This document shows, one piece after another, positions 34,763-41,529 of a DNA stretch of 41,529 nucleotides; position 1 is the first letter of the stretch; each line of letters starts with the position of its first letter. Below the pieces are notes generated by a model. That model had not been told where the DNA came from. It was given only the letters and a program-made list of their open reading frames with translations, and did not search any database. The stretch lies in assembly GCA_021325135.1 (NCBI GenBank), contig JAJPHT010000023.1:1-41529 (forward strand), read 5' to 3'. Origin of the DNA: Pseudomonadota bacterium. GTDB taxonomy: Archaea; Thermoplasmatota; SW-10-69-26; JACQPN01; JAJPHT01. The translations under genes and the position numbers were made by a program.

Positions 34763-34982
34763 CCCTGCCACCAAGTCGATGGCCCCGCAAGGATCATAGG
34801 GGAGGTGCCAGGATAGGCCGCTTGGCCCGTTGAGGATTCAGTTATCACGGCGAGGTCGGGCACCCACCCAATCAAATACCGCCCGGCCGGATGACCTGTC
34901 TTTTCGAAGCTGAGGGCCTTCTTTGCTTCAGTGGGCACTCCGTCGCACGCGCTTTCGCGCGTGCGGACTTCGTGGCAGAGGG
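34763..34982 (-). ncRNA. Candidate structured non-coding RNA of unknown class (~220 nt)
   Basis: Terminal helix ctgccac-n-aagtc / gactt-n-gtggcag, 8-bp GAAA-tetraloop hairpin (34945-34964 on -), further stems, lower GC, no credible ORF. Confidence 0.5.
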
Positions 34983-35173
34983 GGTGGCCTCCCCCTTGGG
35001 GCTCCACTACAACGGAGGGTCTTTGGTGGAGGGTCGCGAAGGGGGGACCCCTCTTCTGGCGGGTCGCGATGGGGAAGCGCCGCGGGGCGCGGGGGGCGTT
35101 CGTGACGGGTGAGGGGCCCTGGGTGGGGCGCCCCCAAGAATGGTTTATCCCGGAGGGGGGCCTCGCGGCTTCG

Positions 35174-36511
35174 ATGGCCCGCGACGTGGAGGACGCCAGC
35201 TTCGACGACCTGCCCCTCTCGGAGCGGGCGCGGGAGGCCGTGCACCGGCTGGGCTGGCGCGCGCCCACGCCCATCCAGCGCCTCGCGATCCCGCAGCTTG
35301 CCATGGGGCGCGACGTCATCGGGCGCGCGGAGACGGGGAGCGGCAAGACGGCCGCCTTCGGCCTCGTGCTGGCGGACCAGGTGAAGGCGCCCGGGCTCCA
35401 GGCCCTCGTCCTCGCGCCCACCCGCGAGCTGGTCGTCCAGATCGCGCGCGACCTCAACGCGCTGGCGGAAGGGGCCCCCTTCCGCGCCGTGCCCGTCTAC
35501 GGCGGCGTGCCCTACGACGAGCAGCTCAAGGCCCTCGCGGACCCGCAGACGACGTGCGTCGTCGCCACGACGGGGCGGCTGCTGGACCTCCTCGCGCGCA
35601 AGCAGGTGCTCCTCGACCGCGTGCGCTTCGTCGTCCTCGACGAGGCCGACCGCATGCTGGACCTGGGCTTCCTCCCCGAGGTGGAGCGCGTCCTCAAGCT
35701 CATCCCCGGCGGCCGCCAGACGGCGCTCTTCACCGCCACCATGCCCAAGAAGGTCGCCCTGCTGGCGCACCAGTACATGGCCCACCCGCGCGAGATGGAG
35801 GTGGGCCCCCAGACGCCGGAGACGGCCGAGCACTACCGGGTCGACGTGGCGAGCCCGCACAAGCTCCCCGCCCTGGTCGCGCTGCTCCAGAAGGAGCGGC
35901 CCCCGCGCTGCCTCGTCTTCGTGCGCACGCGCGACGGGGCCGCCCGCCTCGCGGCCGACCTCGTGCGGGAGGGCGTCCTCGCGACGCCGCTCCACGGCGA
36001 CCTCACGCAGGCGCAGCGCGAGCGCATCGTGGCCAACCTCCGCGAGGGGCGCGACGCGCTGGTGGTCGCCACCGACGTCGCGGCGCGCGGCCTCGACTTC
36101 CCCGCCATCACCCACGTGGTGAACTACGACGTGCCCGAGGAGGCCGAGCAGTACGTCCACCGCGCGGGGCGCACCGCGCGCGCGGGCCGCGAGGGGCGCG
36201 TCTTCACGCTGGTCACGGAGAACGACGGCGCGCACGCCGAGGCCGCGCAGCGCGCCGCGAAGCGCAAGCTGGAGCCCTACCCGCTGCGCTTCTCCTCGGC
36301 GCAGGGCGACCTCGTCGACACGGCGAAGACGCCCGTCACGCCCGCGAAGGTGGAGCGCGCGGGCGGCAACGCGCGCGGCGCGCGGCGCAAGAACAAGCCC
36401 ACACCCCCCAAGGCCGCCTCGCAGCGCGTCGACCCCGAGGAGGAGGCCGCCGACACCTCTCCCTCGAAGGAGTTCGACCTGCCCCCGTCGCGGCGCGAGC
36501 GGCGGCAATAG
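35174..36511 (+). CDS. DEAD-box RNA helicase
   Basis: Q motif PTPIQ, AETGSGKT, PTREL, GG, DEADRMLD.GF, TAT, LHGD, TDVAARGLD, YVHRAGRTARAG. TATA ggtttat ~27 nt upstream of ATG 35174. Confidence 0.95.
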   Translation: MARDVEDASFDDLPLSERAREAVHRLGWRAPTPIQRLAIPQLAMGRDVIGRAETGSGKTAAFGLVLADQVKAPGLQALVLAPTRELVVQIARDLNALAEGAPFRAVPVYGGVPYDEQLKALADPQTTCVVATTGRLLDLLARKQVLLDRVRFVVLDEADRMLDLGFLPEVERVLKLIPGGRQTALFTATMPKKVALLAHQYMAHPREMEVGPQTPETAEHYRVDVASPHKLPALVALLQKERPPRCLVFVRTRDGAARLAADLVREGVLATPLHGDLTQAQRERIVANLREGRDALVVATDVAARGLDFPAITHVVNYDVPEEAEQYVHRAGRTARAGREGRVFTLVTENDGAHAEAAQRAAKRKLEPYPLRFSSAQGDLVDTAKTPVTPAKVERAGGNARGARRKNKPTPPKAASQRVDPEEEAADTSPSKEFDLPPSRRERRQ

Positions 36512-36528
36512 CATTTTGCTGGCGCTCC

Positions 36529-36607
36529 TCGACACGACCCGAACCCACGAACCACCGAACCACGGGTCTTACGCGGTTCGGTGGTTCGTGGGTTCGGGTT
36601 GCATCGA
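36529..36607. repeat. Palindromic element family A, copy 2 (inverted relative to copy 1)
   Basis: gacccgaacccacgaaccaccgaacc (36536-36561) / ggttcggtggttcgtgggttcgggtt (36575-36600); between convergent genes. Confidence 0.9.
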
Positions 36608-36626
36608 GCAGGCTTGACCAGGCGGC

Positions 36627-38396
36627 CTAGACCTGCGGGCAGAGCCCGGGGCTGCTCAGCGAGGCAAGGCCCACGCCGACGGGAATTCCAGGCGCGAGCG
36701 TGCCGTCGTAGCAGTCCACGTCCTCCAGGAGGAACGAGTCGCCGGGCACCGCGCCCAGGGGCTCGCCGTCGCTGTAGCGAGGCATGCTATCTGCGCCCGC
36801 GTCGTCCCGCCACCACGCGCCGGGATCGCACGCCCAGCCGTTCTCGGAGGGCGCGTCGCGGCCGATGCCCTCCGTGCACGCGACGCCGCCGTAGGTCGCC
36901 GCGCTGGCATCCGGCAGGCGGAGACCCACGAGCTGGAACGTCGCGTAGAAGGTGAACCACGAGGGGCCTTCCGCGGAGAGGTCATCCGCGCGGACCAGCG
37001 CCGGGCGCGTGACGAGGGGCTCCTCCGCGCTCCAGATGGGGCCGCCGTACTGGTTGCGCATGTAGACGAGGCCCAGGTCGCTGGGGAAGTCCTGCGAGTG
37101 GAGCGTGGGGTCGACGTGGCTGTCGATGCCGCGATATCCGTCGTAGAAGGAGAACGCGACGTCGTTGCGCGCCTTGGCGCCGGGCGCGCCGGGCTCCTGC
37201 GTGCCCTCGATGGCGCCGCCCGCGTAGCGCTGCCCCAGCGCGTTGGCGGTGGAGGCGTCGCAATCCCCGCGGGGCCCGTCGGCGGCCATCTCGGCGGCGT
37301 CCCACCACGAGCCGGTGGGGTCCTTCAGCGCGGGGCCGGGCGCGGGGACCCAGAGGGCGTTGCCCTGCGCGTCGTCGGGCAGCGGCCGGTAGACGCCGGG
37401 CGTCGCGGGGTTGCCATCCTCGTCGGCGAAGACGGTCTGCGTGCCCACGACGGGGATGACCTGCGGGCCGGTGAGCGTCTGGTCGGGGGTGGGGTCGGAG
37501 GCCGAGGCTCCCTCCACCGCGCCGTTGGGGTCCTGCGCCGCGATGGCCTTGGGCTGCGAGCAGTCCCACACGGTGAAGGCCGGGTCGCCGGAGCCGCGCT
37601 CCAGGAGGCCCGTCTTGCCGGTGGTGGGGTTCCCGAAGAGGTTCACCGGGAACTGCTGGTCGAGGGCGCGGCCGAAGCTCCCGGAGGGGTCCGTCTCGTC
37701 GACGCGCGAGGCGATGGCGTAGCCGTCCTGGCAGTCGACCTCCCGCAGCAGCGCCCCCGTGCCGGAGGTCGCGCCGCGCGCCAGGGGCGCCACGGGGCAG
37801 TGGACGTTGCCCTGGTCGGGCGTGCCCACGTCGCCCCACACGCGCGCGCTGGGCGCGTAGATCACGCGGCTGTCCTGGAAGAACGCCGGCACCGAGGTCG
37901 TCGTGGGGTCGTAGTTGGTGGTGGCGCAGCTCTCGGCGCGGTACGTCGCGTCGCGGAACTCGCACGGGTCCACCATGCCGATCATGAGCAGCTCGCTCAC
38001 CCACTGGCCATCGTTGTGCGGCCCGCCCACCGGGCACGCGTCGAGGTCCGTCACCAGCGCGGAGGGGTAGTCCTGGAGCGCGCCCTCGTAGCTGCCGACG
38101 TAGCCGTCCCCGTTGCAGTCCGCCCACTCGCCCAGGAACGCGCGGAACGTCGTGGGGCCCGCCGGGAGGAGGCGGCTCCCCAGGATCGCCGAGTTGGGGT
38201 TGAGGGTGAGCTGGTCCACCGTGGGGAACGCGTCGAAGTAGACGCGGCCGCCCGACGTGGGCGCGTCGGGGAACATGCGGCCCCCCTGCGCGTCCTGGGG
38301 CGTGTTGGGCTCGCGGCTGCCCGGGCCGCCGCCCCAGGAGGCGTGGGCCGAGGGGAGGATGGCGAGGAGGGCGACGAGGAGCGCGACGGTCCGCAT
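36627..38396 (-). CDS. Large secreted Asp/Gly/Cys-rich protein of unknown function
   Basis: Signal peptide MRTVALLVALLAILPSAHA from ATG 38396; WADCNGDGYVG and DEDGNP Ca-binding-like loops; multiple Cys. Confidence 0.8.
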   Translation of the reverse strand: MRTVALLVALLAILPSAHASWGGGPGSREPNTPQDAQGGRMFPDAPTSGGRVYFDAFPTVDQLTLNPNSAILGSRLLPAGPTTFRAFLGEWADCNGDGYVGSYEGALQDYPSALVTDLDACPVGGPHNDGQWVSELLMIGMVDPCEFRDATYRAESCATTNYDPTTTSVPAFFQDSRVIYAPSARVWGDVGTPDQGNVHCPVAPLARGATSGTGALLREVDCQDGYAIASRVDETDPSGSFGRALDQQFPVNLFGNPTTGKTGLLERGSGDPAFTVWDCSQPKAIAAQDPNGAVEGASASDPTPDQTLTGPQVIPVVGTQTVFADEDGNPATPGVYRPLPDDAQGNALWVPAPGPALKDPTGSWWDAAEMAADGPRGDCDASTANALGQRYAGGAIEGTQEPGAPGAKARNDVAFSFYDGYRGIDSHVDPTLHSQDFPSDLGLVYMRNQYGGPIWSAEEPLVTRPALVRADDLSAEGPSWFTFYATFQLVGLRLPDASAATYGGVACTEGIGRDAPSENGWACDPGAWWRDDAGADSMPRYSDGEPLGAVPGDSFLLEDVDCYDGTLAPGIPVGVGLASLSSPGLCPQV

Positions 38397-38670
38397 GGTC
38401 GTCGCGGCGCACGAGACGTGGAAGGCATTTGAGCGTGATGGTGAGATCGGCTTCGCGATGGCGGCGGAATGTCCGGAAGCGTGCAGTTCGCGATTCGCCC
38501 TCCGCGGGCAGCCGCGGGCAGCCGCGGGCCGGCGTCGCCCTGCAGCGCGGGAGCCCACGGCCCCGGAGCCCTCGGGGACCGCGGGAACGAAAGCCCCCCG
38601 TCGTTGCGCGCGGACCGATTCCGACAACTCAAGGATGAGTGCCCACTCCATCCATTCGGATGGATGCACC

Positions 38671-38940
38671 ATGATGACGGCACGTTTCGAGAAGCGCGAT
38701 TTCAAGAAAATCTTCCTCTACCTCGACATCCTCGTGATCGCGATCTTCGCCGTGAGCCTCATCGTGCTCGTGCGCGACGCGTACGTGGCGGGGTTCTACG
38801 AGCAGCGCGTCGCGGACCTCTACAGCGTGAACTTCTGGGCGATGCTCCGCGACGCCGTCTTCGTCGTGGGCAGCCTCGCGTGGATGTTCTTCCGCTACTT
38901 CCGCACCCAGGTCGCCGCGTTCCAGGACCCCTGGAGCTGA
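38671..38940 (+). CDS. Small 2-TM membrane protein (89 aa)
   Basis: MMTARFEKRDFKKIFLYLDILVIAIFAVSL...; strong codon bias; C-terminal part of track ORF 38257..38940. Confidence 0.7.
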   Translation: MMTARFEKRDFKKIFLYLDILVIAIFAVSLIVLVRDAYVAGFYEQRVADLYSVNFWAMLRDAVFVVGSLAWMFFRYFRTQVAAFQDPWS

Positions 38941-39082
38941 ACGCGCATCGCAAGCCTCTGCGCCGCCCCACGGTTCGGTCCGCGGGCGGCGAATCCTCCG
39001 AGACTCGTGACCCCGAAGCCCTGAAATAGGGGGTCCGCATTGTTCGCGTCGCCCCTGGGGTCGTCCCCGAGGCCTGAGCACC

Positions 39083-39155
39083 GGGCGCTTAGATCAGTTG
39101 GTAGATCGCGTCCTTCGCAAGGACGAGGCCGGGGGTTCAAATCCCCCAGCGTCCA
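39083..39155 (+). tRNA. tRNA-Ala (CGC)
   Basis: Acceptor GGGCGCT/AGCGTCC with G3:U70, anticodon arm cgtcc-TTCGCAA-ggacg, T-loop GGTTCAAATCC, discriminator A, T-tract after. Confidence 0.95.
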
Positions 39156-39355
39156 CTTTTTCACTCTTCTCCCGGGGGTTTCTCCTCGGCGTCGGGCCCC
39201 TTCTTGGATCGCGTCCACGCGCGCAACGCCGCCGCGCTCGCCCCTGCTGTCTCCCGAAGCGGTTCACCTCCTGGCCCGGGAGCCACTGTGTTCCCACCCG
39301 GGGGGAAGGGAATCTCTTCTTGATGGGACGGCGTTGCGCGGAAGAGAGGCTTCCC

Positions 39356-39655
39356 ATGCGAACGCTCCCCCTCGTCGCGCTGGCCGCGTTGGCCGCGCTC
39401 ACCCTCGTCGCGCCCTCCCAGGCCGCCACGACGCCGCCCTGCTACACCACGTCGGAGCCCACCCAGGTCGTCAAGACGCCGGGCACGCCCACCTCGGACG
39501 CGCAGACGTACTACGTCATCGTGGACTCGATGCACTCCAGCGCGCTGATCTACCAGGAGGACAACGGCCTCAGCGGCCTCCAGCGCCACGACCGCCTCGT
39601 CAACGACGTGGGCCACTGCACCGATGGCACCGTCGCCGACACGCGCGTCTTCTGA
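39356..39655 (+). CDS. Small secreted protein (99 aa), YQExNGLxGLQ family
   Basis: GAGG SD, signal peptide ...APSQA, motif IYQEDNGLSGLQR...C....ADT. Paralogue of 10940-11161. Confidence 0.8.
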   Translation: MRTLPLVALAALAALTLVAPSQAATTPPCYTTSEPTQVVKTPGTPTSDAQTYYVIVDSMHSSALIYQEDNGLSGLQRHDRLVNDVGHCTDGTVADTRVF

Positions 39656-39695
39656 AGAAAAGGCCATAAGGCGGAGCAGGTCTGCCCGACGCGCC

Positions 39696-39769
39696 GGGCG
39701 CGTAGGCTAGTTTGGATAGACTTGGGGCCTCCGGAGCCTCAGACCTGGGTTCGAATCCCAGCGCGCCCG
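39696..39769 (+). tRNA. tRNA-Arg (CCG)
   Basis: Acceptor GGGCGCG/CGCGCCC, anticodon loop CTCCGGA, T-arm ctggg-TTCGAAT-cccag, discriminator G. Confidence 0.95.
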
Positions 39770-39885
39770 CCTCACTCGCGTTCGCTCGTTCGGCGTCCGC
39801 GCTGCCGCTTGCTCCCCTCGCGGTCGCCGGCGCGCCACGCAGCGCCGGCGGCGACCCGTGCCGCATGCTGCGCATGCGACCCGGG

Positions 39886-39909
39886 TCCCAGCGCGCCCGC
39901 CTCACTCGC
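39886..39909 (+). repeat. 24-bp direct repeat of the tRNA-Arg 3' end and trailer
   Basis: tcccagcgcgcccgcctcactcgc at 39756-39779 and 39886-39909. Confidence 0.9.
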
Positions 39910-40027
39910 TTTTCGCCCGTGCTCGCGCGGGCCCCTGCTTTTCCCCTGGAGTCCCCCGCGCCCGGGACAGGGGAACATTGATATTCGAACATCGGGACAC
40001 GAACACAGTTTGCGGAGGCATGAGGTC

Positions 40028-41185
40028 TTGAGGCTCCCCGTCGTCGCCCTCGTGGCGCTCAGCAGCGTCGCGGGGCTCGCTGCGGCCACCGCGCCGCTGG
40101 CGTCCGTCGCGTCCCCGTCGATCCCCCCGCTCCCCCTTCCGCCGATGCCCGGCGTGGGCGAGGCTCCCGCGCTGCCGGACTTGCCCGCGACGTCCGCGCC
40201 CGCGTCGCCGCCTGGCGCGCTGGCGCTCCCGCTCGCCAGCGTGCACCTCGCGCGCGCGTCCACGCCCGCGGAGCCCACGCCCGTCCTCGAAGGCGAGGCG
40301 CCCGCGCTGCTTCTCCCCGACGGGTTCGCCTTCCTCGCGCCCGGCGCGCCCGCGCAGGACGCCCTCCGCCTGGACGCCGCGCCCCTGGCGGCGCCCCGCG
40401 TGGCGGCCCCCGTCCTCGCGGCGCCGCGCCCCGCCGCGCCCGAGACGCTGGGCGTCGCGGCCGCCGCGCCGCAGCGCGCGCCCTCCGCGGCATCTTCCCC
40501 GTCCACCACCTCCGCGAGCGTCGCCGCCGCGCACGCCTTCGTCGCCGCGCCCCGCGTGGACGCGGCCGGAGCCGCCGCCGCGGGCGCCGCGATCGGCGTC
40601 GCCGCGCTCCTGGGCTTCGCCCTCTACCACCGCATCCGGCCGCACGCCACGCTGGAGAACGACACGCGCAAGGCCATCTTCGAGGCCGTCTGCAAGTGCC
40701 CCGGCCTGGGCGTGCACGTCATCGCGGAGCGCGCGGGCGTCAGCTACAGCACCGCGACGTACCACCTGGAGCGCCTCGTGGCCGCGGGCATGATCGTGAT
40801 GACGCCCGACGGCAACAAGCTCTGCTACTACAAGAACGGCGGCGCGTTCACCGAGGCCGAGCGCCGCATCCTGCCGCTGGTCAAGAACGACGAGGCCGCG
40901 AAGCTCCTGGAGGCCATCCTGGACACGCCCGGCACGTACCGCGCCGAGCTGGCCGAGCGCCTGGGAGTCACGGCGACCACCATTAATTGGCACCTCCGCC
41001 GCCTGCGCGAGGCGGGCCTCATCGACGAGATCCGCCAGGGCCGCAACGCCTACCTCACCGTGCGCGTCGCCGCCATCCGCGAGAGCTTCCTCTCGCTGGC
41101 CCTCAAGGTGGAGGGCACCGACGGGCCCGCCGCCGACCGCCTGCGCCGCTTCGCGGGCGCCACCACCGAAGGGCACGCGGCCTAG
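40028..41185 (+). CDS. Membrane-anchored tandem winged-HTH transcriptional regulator
   Basis: TTG 40028 after GGAGG/GAGGT; signal-like N-terminus, long Ala/Pro ectodomain, TM (AAIGVAALLGFALY), then LENDTRKAIF...PG...YHLERL and a second HTH (ELAERLGV...WHLRRL). Confidence 0.8.
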   Translation: MRLPVVALVALSSVAGLAAATAPLASVASPSIPPLPLPPMPGVGEAPALPDLPATSAPASPPGALALPLASVHLARASTPAEPTPVLEGEAPALLLPDGFAFLAPGAPAQDALRLDAAPLAAPRVAAPVLAAPRPAAPETLGVAAAAPQRAPSAASSPSTTSASVAAAHAFVAAPRVDAAGAAAAGAAIGVAALLGFALYHRIRPHATLENDTRKAIFEAVCKCPGLGVHVIAERAGVSYSTATYHLERLVAAGMIVMTPDGNKLCYYKNGGAFTEAERRILPLVKNDEAAKLLEAILDTPGTYRAELAERLGVTATTINWHLRRLREAGLIDEIRQGRNAYLTVRVAAIRESFLSLALKVEGTDGPAADRLRRFAGATTEGHAA

Positions 41186-41257
41186 CCCCCAGGGCAAACC
41201 TATTTCTGCGAAACCCCACCTCGGGGCCCATCCACCCCGCCTGGACGCGGGGCGAAA

Positions 41258-41529
41258 GGCACCGGCTAGGCTGGGGGGCCAGGCCTCCCCTGTCACCTGA
41301 CACGGCCTTCATGCAGGAGCTGACACCCCGGGGCGGCGGCCCCAGGGCGTACGGGTGCCCGGAACCGACAATGAGACTTCGTCCCTCGTGGTCCGGGGCG
41401 CAAAGTCCGCGCAAGCGGAAGCTTGCCGGGCGTGCCTTGCCACGGGCACCGGGTCAGGCGCGGAAGCGAGCAGCCTCACCGTGGACCAAGGACGTTCGTG
41501 GGGTCGCGGGGTCGAGAGAGTTCCGGGGC
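41258..41529 (+). ncRNA. ffs: Signal recognition particle (7S) RNA, 3' end beyond the window
   Basis: Archaeal Alu-domain start GGCTAGGCTGGGGGGCCAGGCCTCCCCTGTCACC and helix-8 motif GGTCAGGcgcGGAAgcgAGCAGCC (41452-41475). 5' end approximate. Confidence 0.92.

Noticed and set aside
34763-34982. RNase P RNA assignment for the structured intergenic region
   Set aside because: No GAGGAA(A/G)NUCC CR-I or ACAGAA...CUUA CR-V on either strand; kept as an unknown ncRNA.
34891-35112. 73-aa and 60-aa ORFs and the N-terminal extension of the helicase ORF from 34931
   Set aside because: Atypical codon usage and no motifs; helicase homology and the TATA position point to ATG 35174.
248-36607. CRISPR array interpretation of the periodic repeats
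   Set aside because: Units are 8-12 nt, contiguous and arranged as inverted arms with no unique spacers; no cas genes.
39780-39885. Second tRNA gene in the spacer between the tRNA-Arg 3' repeats
   Set aside because: No D-arm, anticodon arm or GTTCRA T-loop; only the 3' end is duplicated.

Overview
A very GC-rich (roughly 70% by eye) stretch of an archaeal chromosome. A Thermoplasmatota/euryarchaeal lineage is inferred from rpL18e, diphthamide-motif EF-2, archaeal TIM, RNase J next to GGPP synthase, HPS/PHI of the RuMP pathway, archaeal SRP RNA and TATA-type, mostly leaderless promoters. The window holds about 48 CDS, tRNA-Ala(CGC), tRNA-Arg(CCG), the 5' part of SRP RNA, a 7-gene two-component operon and many secreted or lipoprotein genes. 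I found no CRISPR array, transposase or integrase. Main leads: (1) a stand-alone half-size deoxyhypusine hydroxylase (DOHH) homologue at 29861-30358 that matches the C-terminal half of eukaryotic DOHH motif by motif, a candidate homodimeric archaeal aIF5A hydroxylase; (2) a ~220-nt closed, structured ncRNA candidate at ~34763-34982 that I cannot assign to a known class; (3) several families of palindromic elements with short-period arms, one of which (12-nt period) also lies in frame inside two protein genes; (4) two paralogous small secreted proteins sharing a [WY]QExNGLxxLQ...C...DT motif; (5) a signal-less HiPIP-like 4-Cys protein. All family calls are from motif recognition by eye, not database searches.
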